A stretch of 64,000 nt of DNA from contig CAWIBO010000005.1 in NCBI GenBank assembly GCA_963834385.1, positions 288,001 to 352,000 on the forward strand, read 5' to 3'. The translations under genes were made by a program, and so were the position numbers. The first letter of the stretch is position 1, and the number at the start of each line of letters is the position of its first letter. This document shows positions 53,597-62,861 of this stretch, piece by piece. The notes under the pieces are model-generated. The model had not been told where the DNA came from. It searched no databases and saw only the letters and a program-made list of their open reading frames with translations. Origin of the DNA: an uncultured Verrucomicrobiae bacterium (GTDB taxonomy: Bacteria > Verrucomicrobiota > Verrucomicrobiia > Chthoniobacterales > UBA10450).

Positions 53597-53629
53597 GTCG
53601 CGTTTGAGGGCGCGACAGTCGGGCCGCAG

Positions 53630-54085
53630 GTGAGCAAGGCGTTTACGAAAGAGGATGTTGATCCGCCGGAGCGGACCGGCCGGGCCCGTTCGGCCTCGGG
53701 CCTCCCGCCGGGCGCCACCAATTACATCACTGCGGCCGGGGCGCGACGGCTGCGACGCCGGTGCGAGGAACATCGGCAGGCCGGAGCGCGTGAGCGGGCG
53801 GAGGAACTGGAGCAGGTCCTGCGGGAGGTCACCGTGGTGGAACCGCCGGAGCAACCCGACCGGAGCGTCGGGTTCGGTGCGCGCGTGCACGTGCGCGCGA
53901 AGGATGGGCGCGCCGCGGTTTACCAGATCGTTGGCGTGGAGGAACTCGATCAGCCGGAAGCGTTGAGCTGGCTTTCGCCGGATGGCCGGACGCTCCTCGC
54001 CGCCGGAGAAGGCGATCGGGTCACCCTCGAATCCCTCGGCCCGGCCACGATCGAACGGGTCGAGTATCCGGCGGCGCAACCGTAG
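53630..54085 (+). CDS. GreA/GreB-family protein
   Basis: MSKAFTKE, NYIT, VGFGARV, YQIVGVEE and SWLSP motifs. Confidence 0.88.
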   Translation: MSKAFTKEDVDPPERTGRARSASGLPPGATNYITAAGARRLRRRCEEHRQAGARERAEELEQVLREVTVVEPPEQPDRSVGFGARVHVRAKDGRAAVYQIVGVEELDQPEALSWLSPDGRTLLAAGEGDRVTLESLGPATIERVEYPAAQP

Positions 54086-54103
54086 CGGCGGCCGGCAACG
54101 GAC

Positions 54104-55324
54104 TCAGGCTGTTTTCCCGGCCAGGACGCGGATGGCTTCGACCAGGCGGGTGATCTCGGCGCTGCTGGTGTAGCAGGCGCAGCCCACCCGGATAAAACCT
54201 GTTTCGCCGACGCCGTAGCGTTGCGCCACGGTGCTGGCGTAGAAGTCGCCGTGCGAGGCAAAGATTCCGTGATCCACGAGCGCCGCGGCCACGGTCGCGG
54301 GAGATTGACCGTCTATGGTGAAGGAAAGGGTCGGGGTCCGGGCCTCCCCGGGGCCGGGACCGTAAAGCCGAAGGCCGGGGATCTCGTGCAGCCCGGACCA
54401 AAGCTGCGCAAAGAGATTGGCCGCCCGCTCGTGCAACAGGGCAAAGGCATTGCCGAGTCGAGCACGCAAGGTTTCGCCGTCCGCGAGCGATCCAAGGAAC
54501 CGGACGGCCGCGGCCGCCCCGGCAATTCCCTCGAAATTGCCGGTGCCGGTCTCGAGCCGGTCCGGGACGGTGTCGGGCGCCGGCTCCAGTTTCGGCAGGT
54601 CGAGTTTCGCCAGGAGATCGCCTTTGCCATAGAGGATGCCGACATGCGGCCCGTAGAACTTATAGGCTGAGCAGGCCAGGAAATCGCAGTCGAGCGCGCG
54701 CACATCGACGAGCTGATGCGGGGCGTAATGCACCGCGTCGACGAAGGTGAGCGCGCCGTGATCATGCGCCATGCGGGCGGCACGGCGGACATCGGTGATG
54801 GTGCCGAGGGCGTTGGAAGCCGCGCCGATGGCGAGCAGCCTGGTCCGCCCGGTGAAAAGCCCGGCCAGGTGTTCCCAATCGAGCTGACCCGTCTCGGGAA
54901 TCATGCGCGCCACCCGAATCTGAAGGCCGCGCTCCGTTTCGAGCGCGCGCCACGGGGCGATGTTGGCGTGGTGATCGAGCTCGGTGACAATGATCTCGTC
55001 GCCTGCCTGCCATTCCCGCCCAAGAGCGCGCGCAAGATGAAAGGTCAGCGTGGTCATGTTCGCCCCGAAAGCGATCTCGGCCGGGGCAGCGTTGAGAAAA
55101 GTGGCCAGGGTCTCGCGCGCCCCGGCGACGAGAGCGTCCGTCTCGACACTGGTGGGAAAGGCCCAGTGGGTGTTGCCGTTGTGATGCAGCAGGTAATCCG
55201 AGACCGCCTCGGCCACCGCCCGCGGCACCTGTGTTCCCCCCGGCCCGTCGAAATAGGCCACCGGTTTGCCGGCGTGGCGCCGGGCGAGGGCAGGGAACTC
55301 AGCGCGAATCTGGTCAACGGTCAT
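54104..55324 (-). CDS. Cysteine desulfurase-like PLP-dependent protein
   Basis: DGPGGTQVP, DHHAN, DAVHYAPH, CSAYKF and ETGT motifs. Confidence 0.92.
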   Translation of the reverse strand: MTVDQIRAEFPALARRHAGKPVAYFDGPGGTQVPRAVAEAVSDYLLHHNGNTHWAFPTSVETDALVAGARETLATFLNAAPAEIAFGANMTTLTFHLARALGREWQAGDEIIVTELDHHANIAPWRALETERGLQIRVARMIPETGQLDWEHLAGLFTGRTRLLAIGAASNALGTITDVRRAARMAHDHGALTFVDAVHYAPHQLVDVRALDCDFLACSAYKFYGPHVGILYGKGDLLAKLDLPKLEPAPDTVPDRLETGTGNFEGIAGAAAAVRFLGSLADGETLRARLGNAFALLHERAANLFAQLWSGLHEIPGLRLYGPGPGEARTPTLSFTIDGQSPATVAAALVDHGIFASHGDFYASTVAQRYGVGETGFIRVGCACYTSSAEITRLVEAIRVLAGKTA

Positions 55325-55379
55325 GGGCGCAAACGTATCCCGTTTTCCCGGCGCCGCCGCCCCGAAGTCGCCATCACGC

Positions 55380-55409
55380 CGCGACCGCCCGCTTGTGCGG
55401 ACGGTCGCG
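55380..55409 (-). terminator. Hairpin downstream of the small membrane gene
   Basis: 13-bp stem CGCGACCGTCCGC/GCGGGCGGTCGCG, fully paired (one G:U) on the minus strand; no U-tract. Confidence 0.45.
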
Positions 55410-55432
55410 CGTGAAAGATGAAACGTCCGACC

Positions 55433-55609
55433 TTAGAGGCCGGCGCGGTTCTTAAACCTCTCCGAGAGGATAAAAAGCGTCGGGGCCCAGAGACCGACGA
55501 AGATGGCAAGGCGCTGGCCCGTGGCCGCATCGGCATTCGGGAAAACGAACCAGAGGGCGAGGGAGAGAAGGATGGAAAGGCATCCGGCGATGAAGAAGAG
55601 TGTGCTCAT
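55433..55609 (-). CDS. 58-aa two-TM membrane protein (AIFVGLWAPT motif), below the ORF-track cutoff
   Basis: Manual translation MSTLFFIAGCLSILLSLALWFVFPNADAATGQRLAIFVGLWAPTLFILSERFKNRAGL*. Confidence 0.75.
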   Translation of the reverse strand: MSTLFFIAGCLSILLSLALWFVFPNADAATGQRLAIFVGLWAPTLFILSERFKNRAGL

Positions 55610-55723
55610 AATGTTTGGTCTGTGGTGATGGTTGGACGCTCAGGAGTAAAGAGAGAGCGTCGTCTTGCCCAGCCTATTCGTAGGAATGTCATGAGGAAGA
55701 GCCGCGCCGGCGTAGAGTGGACC

Positions 55724-56749
55724 ATGCCCAAGCGATCCCCGGCCCAGCCCTCCGCTCCGCTGCGCCTCGGGTTCCCGGTGAAGGTGATGGGCCGGGAAGG
55801 ATTGAAGAGCAACGACACCCGACGCTGGCAGAAAAAGCCGCACCTCCGCACCTCAATCGAGTATTTGCACGCCATCTTCGCCTACCTCGAAAAGGCGGGT
55901 CTCGGGATGTATCGGATCTCGAGCGACATTGCCCCTTACCTGACGCACCCGGAGAAACCAGAGTTCCGTCACCAGATCCGGGAGGCCCGGGCCGACCTGG
56001 TCGCGCTCGGGCGCGAAGCGCACCGCCTCGGGCTGCGCCTCTCCTTTCACCCGTCGCAATACATCATCCTGAATACGCCCGACGAAAAACTGCTGCGGCA
56101 GAGCATCCATGACGTCGAGAGCCAGGCTGAGATGCTTGAGGTGATGGGTCTCGGCCCCGAGGCACGCGTGGTCATCCATGTCGGCGGCCTCTACGACGAT
56201 CGCGAGGCGGCCCGCGAACGCTGGATGCAGACCTATGAAAAGCGTCTTTCCGACCGGGTCCGGCGTTATCTTGCCCTTGAGAACGACGACATCTCGTTCG
56301 ATGCCGCGGATGTCCTCGCCATCCATCGGCGGGTGGGGGTGCCCCTGATCTTTGATCACCAGCATTTCTGGTGTTTGAACCGGGAAAGGCTGGAGATGCG
56401 CGCGACGGTGGAAATGTTCCTGCGTTCGTGGCCGGCGGGGGTTCGCCCAAAGATTCATTTCTCCTCCCCGCGCACGGAATTGCGGGAACTGGTCCAGCGG
56501 GACCCGGCGACGCGCCGGAACCGGAAGGTGCTGAAACCTCCGCTTTTGACCGGGCACGCTGACTACACCAACCCCTTTGAATTCACCTACTTCATGCGGG
56601 CGATGGAGGGGCTGGAGTTTGACGTCATGCTGGAGGCGAAGATGAAAGATCTGGCAGTGCTGCGGCTGCGGCGGGACCTGGTCCGGAGCGCGCCGGAGGT
56701 GGCGGAACGGTTTGGCCTGGAAGAGGGAAGCGACGGGAAGCCGAAGTGA
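55724..56749 (+). CDS. uvsE: UV DNA damage endonuclease UvsE/UVDE
   Basis: YRISSD, RLSFHPSQY, LALENDD, IFDHQH, KIHFSS, HAD and MLEAK motifs. Confidence 0.93.
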   Translation: MPKRSPAQPSAPLRLGFPVKVMGREGLKSNDTRRWQKKPHLRTSIEYLHAIFAYLEKAGLGMYRISSDIAPYLTHPEKPEFRHQIREARADLVALGREAHRLGLRLSFHPSQYIILNTPDEKLLRQSIHDVESQAEMLEVMGLGPEARVVIHVGGLYDDREAARERWMQTYEKRLSDRVRRYLALENDDISFDAADVLAIHRRVGVPLIFDHQHFWCLNRERLEMRATVEMFLRSWPAGVRPKIHFSSPRTELRELVQRDPATRRNRKVLKPPLLTGHADYTNPFEFTYFMRAMEGLEFDVMLEAKMKDLAVLRLRRDLVRSAPEVAERFGLEEGSDGKPK

Positions 56750-56887
56750 GTCAGGTTATACCGCAGACACAATAAATACGGGTGTAACAGTCACAGGAAT
56801 GTGAGGTTACGGCTGACATAAAACGCGGGGAAAATCGGCCCGGGGGGCGGCGAGGCTTGCATGGGGGGCCATCCCGCCCCAACATGA

Positions 56888-57367
56888 ATGATGGCTATAG
56901 AAAAAGCGACATTCGGCGCCGGGTGCTTCTGGGGCGTGGAGGCGACCTTCCGCAAAATCGAGGGTGTGAAAGAGGCCCTCGTCGGCTACGCCGGCGGGAA
57001 GACGGAGAACCCGACCTATGAGGAGGTCTGCACGGACCGGACCGGGCATGCCGAGGTGGTGCAGGTCGAGTTCGACCCGGCCGTGATCAGTTTCGAGAAA
57101 TTGGTCTACGTTTTCTTTGCCAACCACGATCCGACGACGTTGAACCGCCAGGGGCCGGACGTGGGCACGCAGTATCGGTCGGTCATTTTTTATCATTCGC
57201 CGGAGCAGAAAGAGACCGCGGAGAAGGCGACGGCCACCCTGCAGGAGGCCGCCAGTTTTCCGCGCCCGATCGTGACGCAGATCGAGCCGGCCCCGAAATT
57301 TTATCCGGCGGAGGAATATCACCAGCGCTACCTCGAAAAGCGCGGCCAGACGCATTGCGCGGTCTGA
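56888..57367 (+). CDS. msrA: Peptide-methionine (S)-S-oxide reductase
   Basis: GCFWG, GHAEVV, QGPDVGTQYRS and AEEYHQ motifs. Confidence 0.97.
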   Translation: MMAIEKATFGAGCFWGVEATFRKIEGVKEALVGYAGGKTENPTYEEVCTDRTGHAEVVQVEFDPAVISFEKLVYVFFANHDPTTLNRQGPDVGTQYRSVIFYHSPEQKETAEKATATLQEAASFPRPIVTQIEPAPKFYPAEEYHQRYLEKRGQTHCAV

Positions 57368-57380
57368 ACCGGAAAGATTG

Positions 57381-58085
57381 ATGGTGAGCGAAGTTATTCG
57401 GACCAAAAAATTTGCCGCGGACGCGGCGGAATTCATTTTGCAGGAAGCCCGGTCGGCTCTCGGAGAGGGAGGCCAGTTTCGGATTGCGCTCTCGGGCGGG
57501 AAAACACCGCGGCCGGTTTACGAGGAGCTGGCGCGGCGCGGCCATGATCTGCCGTGGGAAAGGGTTCTGTTTACCTTTGGCGATGAACGCTGCGTCCCGC
57601 CGGACGACAAGGAGAGCAACTTTCGCATGGCGAACGAGGCGCTCTTCAAACCGGCCGGGGTGCCCTCGGATTCGATTGTGCGCATGGAAGGGGAGGCTGA
57701 ACCGGCGGTGGCAGCCCGGAAATATGAGGACGCGCTCGCGCTCCTGGCGATCCAGCACGCGGAAGTGATCTACCGGCACGACCTGATCCTGCTGGGGATG
57801 GGCGAGGATGGGCACACCGCCTCGCTTTTCCCGGAGACGGCCGCGCTGGACGAGCAGACGCGCACGGTCGCGGCCAACCACGTCCCGAAGCTGGAGGCGT
57901 GGCGGCTGACCTTTACCTTCCCGCTGATTGCCGCGGCGAAAAAGGTCCTTTTCCTGATCGACGCCGCGAAACATGGCGCGGTCCTGGAGAAAGTGCTGAA
58001 GGGTGACGCCAGCTATCCGGCGGGACGGGTGGAGACGCTGGGCGCGGAAGTGACCTGGATGCTCGACGACAAATCGTCGAAGTAA
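57381..58085 (+). CDS. pgl: 6-phosphogluconolactonase
   Basis: LSGGKTP, GDERCV, SN and GMGEDGHTASLFP motifs. Confidence 0.95.
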   Translation: MVSEVIRTKKFAADAAEFILQEARSALGEGGQFRIALSGGKTPRPVYEELARRGHDLPWERVLFTFGDERCVPPDDKESNFRMANEALFKPAGVPSDSIVRMEGEAEPAVAARKYEDALALLAIQHAEVIYRHDLILLGMGEDGHTASLFPETAALDEQTRTVAANHVPKLEAWRLTFTFPLIAAAKKVLFLIDAAKHGAVLEKVLKGDASYPAGRVETLGAEVTWMLDDKSSK

Positions 58086-58112
58086 CGGGCGGCGGCGATC
58101 CGCCGCGCGCGG

Positions 58113-58526
58113 CTAGTATTCCTCGCCGGGATCCTGCTTCGGCTGATTCGGCGTCACGCGGTCTTCGATGCCCCAGACGTGGAACATGACCCCGAACCAA
58201 AAAATCGGGAGGAGACCCAGGCCAAAGCCGGCGGTGAAAGTGGCGATGAGGCCCGCAAGGCCGACGGCCATCGGCGTGCCGACGAACATGAGAAGAAGGC
58301 CGATGACCTTGTAGCCCTTGTAAATGTGGCCGAGCCCCGGCATGACGCTCAGGAGCACCGCCACCGCGTCGCTGGCCTTGCCCTCGACCGATTCGTCCAC
58401 TCCCTGTTGTTCCCAGTCACATTGATCGCAACTCTGCGCCTCTTCCGGCAGGATGTGGCCGCAAAGCGGGCAGGGTTTCTGGCGGGCCGCCGGGAGCGGC
58501 TGCGTCGGGGCATCGGTATATTCCAC
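58113..58526 (-). CDS. Zinc-ribbon plus TM2-like membrane protein
   Basis: CPLC...CDQC, then PGLGHIY and two TM segments. Confidence 0.75.
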   Translation of the reverse strand: MEYTDAPTQPLPAARQKPCPLCGHILPEEAQSCDQCDWEQQGVDESVEGKASDAVAVLLSVMPGLGHIYKGYKVIGLLLMFVGTPMAVGLAGLIATFTAGFGLGLLPIFWFGVMFHVWGIEDRVTPNQPKQDPGEEY

Positions 58527-58614
58527 GGTGGTTCCTCCTTCGAAAAAGCGTGGCTAACCGTCACCAGCCGGAAGGGCGGAGTCAAGAAAAAGGCCGCAGG
58601 GCCGTGCAGGTGAA

Positions 58615-59043
58615 CTAGGAGGCGGCCGGGCCGCGGACGCGCGCGCGCAGGGCCGGCCGGCGTTCCAGCTCACTCGTCAGGCGCTCGATGGCGACGAGTG
58701 TGGCCGGGCTGATGTGGTGTTCCATTCCCTCGACATCATGCTCGATCACTTTCTCCTCCACCCCGAGCAGCCGGAGGAACCCGGTGAGCAACTCGTGCCG
58801 CCGCATGATGGAGCGGGCCACCTTTTCGCCCGCCTCGGTCAGGACGAGTCCGCGATATTTTTCGTATTTCACCAGGCCTTCGCTGTCGAGGCGCTGGATC
58901 ATGTTGGTGACGCTGGCCTGAGAAATCTTGAGGGACCGGGCGATATCGACCACGCGGGCGTAACCCTTGGCGTCGATTAGTTCGAGGATGCGCTCCAGGT
59001 AATCCTCGGCGGCGGAAGTGGGCGTGGCGGCTTTAGCGGGCAT
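58615..59043 (-). CDS. mntR: DtxR/MntR-family metal-dependent regulator
   Basis: EDYLERI, SVTNM, YEKYRG, RRHELL and DVEGMEHHIS motifs. Confidence 0.92.
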   Translation of the reverse strand: MPAKAATPTSAAEDYLERILELIDAKGYARVVDIARSLKISQASVTNMIQRLDSEGLVKYEKYRGLVLTEAGEKVARSIMRRHELLTGFLRLLGVEEKVIEHDVEGMEHHISPATLVAIERLTSELERRPALRARVRGPAAS

Positions 59044-60022
59044 GGAGCGGGCGGGGAAAGGCGTCGGCTGGTTTATCGGGGTCGGCGGAACGGCGGCGGC
59101 GGAGAAGCTGACGGAGGAGTCCGTCGCGCGGGCCGAAGATCCAGGCGAGCAGGAAAAGGAACGCGCCGGCCACGACCATGGCGCCGGCAATGGAACACTC
59201 GAGCCAGACGGCGAGATGAATCCCCATGAGCGAGGAGAGCGCCGCGTGCAGCACGCTCAGGAACAGCACGCGCGGCAGGCGCACGGAGAGAAGCGAGGCG
59301 GTAGCGCCGGGGAGAATAAGCATGGCGATGACCAGAATGGCGCCAACGGATTCAAAGGCGCTCACGACCACGACGGAGAGCATGGCCATGAGGGTGTAAT
59401 GCATCACGGTGGCGTTGACGCCGAGGGAAGCGGCCAGGCCGGAATCGAAGGAGCTGACCAGCAGTTCCTTGTAGAAAAAGAGAATGAGCAGGATGACGAG
59501 GAAAGCCACCGCGGCCATGCGCACGACCGGGGCCGGGGCGAGGCTGAGCTGGCCGAGCCGGACCAGCGGCTCGAGCGGGATAAAGGCGATTTCGCCGTAA
59601 AGAACGCATTCCTGGTCGAGATCAACCCGGTCGGCATACAGGCTGACGAGGATGACCCCGAAGGCGAAGAGGGAGGAGAAAGCGATCCCGATGGCGGCGT
59701 CCTGTTTCACGCGCGTCTTCTTGTGGATGACCTCGATGATCACCGTGGTGAGGATGCCGGCAATGAGCGCGCCGGTGAACATGGCGAGAGTGTTGCGGCT
59801 TTGGGCGAGAAGAAAGGCGAGAACAAGCCCCGGGAGGACGCTGTGGCTGATGGCATCGCCGACGAGGGACATGCGGCGGAGAATAAGGTAATTGCCGATG
59901 AGGCCGCACGCGGTCGCGACCAGGAAACCCATGAGCCCGATCCAGAAGAAGCTCTGGAACCCGCTCGTCCAGGGCTCGACGAAGACGCGGCTGAATTGGA
60001 AAGGCGGGATGAGCTGGCTCAC
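59033..60022 (-). CDS. Mn/Zn/Fe ABC transporter permease (ABC-3)
   Basis: GDAISHSVLPG, DAAIG, DLD..VLYGEI and FESVGAIL motifs; GTG start overlaps the upstream stop. Confidence 0.92.
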   Translation of the reverse strand: MSQLIPPFQFSRVFVEPWTSGFQSFFWIGLMGFLVATACGLIGNYLILRRMSLVGDAISHSVLPGLVLAFLLAQSRNTLAMFTGALIAGILTTVIIEVIHKKTRVKQDAAIGIAFSSLFAFGVILVSLYADRVDLDQECVLYGEIAFIPLEPLVRLGQLSLAPAPVVRMAAVAFLVILLILFFYKELLVSSFDSGLAASLGVNATVMHYTLMAMLSVVVVSAFESVGAILVIAMLILPGATASLLSVRLPRVLFLSVLHAALSSLMGIHLAVWLECSIAGAMVVAGAFLFLLAWIFGPRDGLLRQLLRRRRSADPDKPADAFPRPLHAR

Positions 60023-61523
60023 AAAGGTCGCGGGTTGGGGGCCGGGTAAATGTCGCCCAGGCCGGGAATAAGGCGTCCATGCGGATCGCGCCGGGCAAAC
60101 TGCAGGCGGCGCTCCAGGTCGCGCACCGTCTCGAGACCGAGGACGTGCTCGATTTTCTCGGCTTCCTCGTGCACGTGGTCGCTCGCGTATTGCATGGCGT
60201 TGGTCAGGTAAAGTTCCCAGAGACGGTGGTTGCGGACGATTTCGCAGGCGCGCTGCCAGCCCACCGGGGTGAAGAAAAGGACGTTGCCGGCTTCGTGCGT
60301 CGTGACAAATCCGTGCCGGACGAGGGCGGCGGTGCGCGTTCGCGCCTCCTCGAGACTTTCCTGTCGCAGCTCGGCCAGCTCGCGCAGCGAAACGCCTTCC
60401 GGCCGGAAATCGCGTTCCTCGAGGACGCGGTAGACGGTCTTGAGCGTGTTCTCGCGCTGGATACGTTCGCCGCGGGAACGGTGCCGCCACCAGCGCACGG
60501 CCACCCCGTGCCGCGGGCCGAAGAAGAAGGCGGCCACAAAGACCGCGCTCGCGCCGAGGACCATGAGGGGGCCGGTCGGGAGCGAGTTGCCGACAAAGGA
60601 AAAGAACGCGCCCAACACTCCCGCGAGCATGCCGAAGAGCGACGCGAGCAGGAGCATCCAGTGCATCCGGTCGGTCAGCAGATAGGCGGCGGCGGCGGGC
60701 GTGATGAGCATGGCGGAAACGAGCACCACCCCGACCGCCTGGAGCGCGACCACCACGGCAAACGCCAGGAGCAGCATCAGCCCATGATGAAGCCAGACCG
60801 CGGGCAGGCCGATGGACCGCGAAAAACCGGCATCGAAGCTGGCCACGAGGAATTCCTTGTAAAGGAGGACGATGACCGCCGCGACCACCAGGGTGATGAT
60901 GCTCATGAGCTGCACGTCGGCCGCGCTGATGGCGGCGGCCTGCCCAAAGAGAAACTTGTCGATGCCGCTTTTGTTCCCAGTCGGGAGCCGCTGGATCATG
61001 GTGACGAGGCAGATGCCGACGGCGAAGAAGGAGGCGAGGACAAGGCCAAGGGCGGCGTCCTCCTTCAACCGGGTGGTCTGTTTGATCAGGCCGACCACGG
61101 TGGTCCCGAGGAGCCCGGCGATGGTGGCGCCGAGGAAAATGGCGAAGGGATCCTTGGTCTGGGCCCAGAGAAAACCGGCGGCGACGCCGGGAAGAACGGC
61201 ATGCGAAAGCGTGTCGCCGACCAGGGCCATGCGCCGGACGACGATGAAGCTGCCGAGCAACCCGCAGGTGAAACCAAGGAGGAGCGAGCCGATCAAGGCA
61301 TAACGCAGGGAGGGATCCTGGAAGGTGAAAAAGCGGAGAGCCTGTTCCGCCACGGTGGTCTGCGTGACCTCGCTGACGCGCGCCGCCTGGGCGGAGAGGG
61401 GGAGGAGGAGGAGAAGAAGAGAAGAAGAGGGTGGAGGATGGAGGGTGGAGGCTGGAAGCGTGAATGGTGAATCGTGAATGGTGAATGGTGTTTCACGATC
61501 CGGTAGGCGGCGGGGGAGCTCAT
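60019..61523 (-). CDS. ABC-3 permease fused to a C-terminal DtxR-type repressor domain (frameshift near 61415)
   Basis: GDTLSHAVLPG and LFGQAA, then HRLWELYL, HEEAEKIEH and DPHG; ATG 61523 overlaps the upstream TGA. Confidence 0.9.
61427..61490. repeat. Two abutting heptamer arrays (GAGGRTG-like x4; GTGAATS x4)
   Basis: gagggtg-gaggatg-gagggtg-gaggctg (61427-61454) and gtgaatg-gtgaatc-gtgaatg-gtgaatg (61460-61487). Confidence 0.85.
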
Positions 61524-61915
61524 GGTGCGTCCTCCTTGATGCGAGAGCCGCAGAAGTCGTCTGCCCGCGCAATCATCCGATGGAGCATCGCGCCAACATG
61601 CTGCCAGGCGGCATCACGCTCCTTGAACTGATCATCATCGATGTAGCCGGCGTCCAGGGCGTCATCCAGCCATGATTGCGTTTCCGTGGCCTCGGCGATG
61701 GCGTCAGTGAGTTTGCTGACAAAAGCGGCGGGATATCTTCGTTTGGCCCACGCCTCGGCCACCATGGCTTTGACCGCCCGGGAAGAGCGGCGCACCTGGT
61801 CGGTCAGGGAATATTTTTCCTCGGGCGGAAAGGCTTTGCTGATCCCAAGGATCAACCCCGCCTCGGTCCGGGCGAGTTGATAAACCTTCAAGTCACGAAA
61901 TGTTCGGATTTCCAT
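61520..61915 (-). CDS. Four helix bundle protein (23S rRNA IVS-protein / Avd-like family)
   Basis: FRDLKVYQ, FPPEEKYSLTDQVRRSSR, AEAW..R.Y and EATETQSWL motifs. Confidence 0.92.
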   Translation of the reverse strand: MEIRTFRDLKVYQLARTEAGLILGISKAFPPEEKYSLTDQVRRSSRAVKAMVAEAWAKRRYPAAFVSKLTDAIAEATETQSWLDDALDAGYIDDDQFKERDAAWQHVGAMLHRMIARADDFCGSRIKEDAP

Positions 61916-61940
61916 TCTCCATCCTCAATCTTCCATTCTC
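61910..61940. repeat. Heptamer array inverted relative to 61427-61457
   Basis: Reverse complement is gagaatg-gaagatt-gaggatg-gagaatg-gaa; contains the four-helix-bundle ATG. Confidence 0.8.
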
Positions 61941-61952
61941 ATGCAGCGAAGC

Positions 61953-62720
61953 TCACGCCTGCTTCACCGCCTCGGCCACGTCGGAGAGAATGGTCAGGCG
62001 GCCGCCGTAGGTGGTCTGGAGCAGTTCCTGGGTGAAGACTTCGGCGGTCGGGCCGAAGGCGACCACGCGCATGTTCAGCAGGATGAGCATGTCGAAATAC
62101 TGGCGCGCGGTCGGGAGATCGTGGTGCACCACCAGGATCGTCTTGCCGCGGGCGCGCAACTCGTGCAGGAGGGTGATGATGGCGCTCTCGGTCGCGGCAT
62201 CGACCCCCGAGAACGGTTCGTCCATGAAATAGAGGTCGCTTTCCTGGGCCAGGGCGCGCGCGAGGAAAACGCGCTGCTGTTGTCCGCCTGAGAGGTTCGA
62301 GATCTGGCGGTTGGCAAACGGAAGCATCTTCACCTTCTCCAGCGCGGCCCGCGCCGCCTCCCGGTCCGCCTTGCCCGGTCGCCGGACAAGGCCGACATGG
62401 CCGTAACGGCCCATGAGCACGACGTCCATGACGTTGACCGGAAAATCCCAGTCGACCGATTCGCGCTGCGGGACGTAGCCGACCCGGCGCAGGTTTTTCT
62501 TGTAGGGTTGGCCAAAAATTTTCACCCAGCCGCTGCTCAGCGGAACCAGGCCCATGATCGCCTTGATCAGGGTCGTCTTGCCGGCCCCGTTCGGCCCGAC
62601 GATCCCGATCAGCTTGCCGGCCGGCGTTTCCAGGTCGATGCCCCAGAGCACCGGCTTCTTGTGATACGCCACGGTCAGATCGTGGATTTCGAGCGGGGAG
62701 GGCTGGCCGGTGTTCTCCAT
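61953..62720 (-). CDS. Metal ABC transporter ATP-binding protein
   Basis: GPNGAGKT, GYVPQ, LSGGQQQR, DEP and VHHD motifs. Confidence 0.95.
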   Translation of the reverse strand: MENTGQPSPLEIHDLTVAYHKKPVLWGIDLETPAGKLIGIVGPNGAGKTTLIKAIMGLVPLSSGWVKIFGQPYKKNLRRVGYVPQRESVDWDFPVNVMDVVLMGRYGHVGLVRRPGKADREAARAALEKVKMLPFANRQISNLSGGQQQRVFLARALAQESDLYFMDEPFSGVDAATESAIITLLHELRARGKTILVVHHDLPTARQYFDMLILLNMRVVAFGPTAEVFTQELLQTTYGGRLTILSDVAEAVKQA

Positions 62721-62774
62721 AGGTCTAGCGCCGCGCGACGACCGAGGCGGAACTGTGGTTGTGAGCGGCAATCC

Positions 62775-62822
62775 GGACGCGCGGAAGCGCGTCCCTCCGG
62801 AGGGAGATGCTTCCGCGTGTCC
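62775..62822. repeat. Back-to-back pair of GGAGGGAC-type palindromes
   Basis: GGACGCGCGGAAGCGCGTCCCTCC (exact reverse complement of 3696-3719) abutting GGAGGGAGATGCTTCCGCGTGTCC. Confidence 0.8.
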
Positions 62823-62861
62823 GGGCTTTGACGCAATGATCGCGTTTCATCCTTCTCTATA

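Noticed and set aside
55418..55723. N-terminal extension of UvsE
   Set aside because: It is the antisense shadow of the 58-aa membrane gene; UvsE motifs begin after 55724.
61520..61915. Diversity-generating retroelement or rRNA intervening sequence
   Set aside because: There is no reverse transcriptase, TR/VR pair or rRNA in the window.
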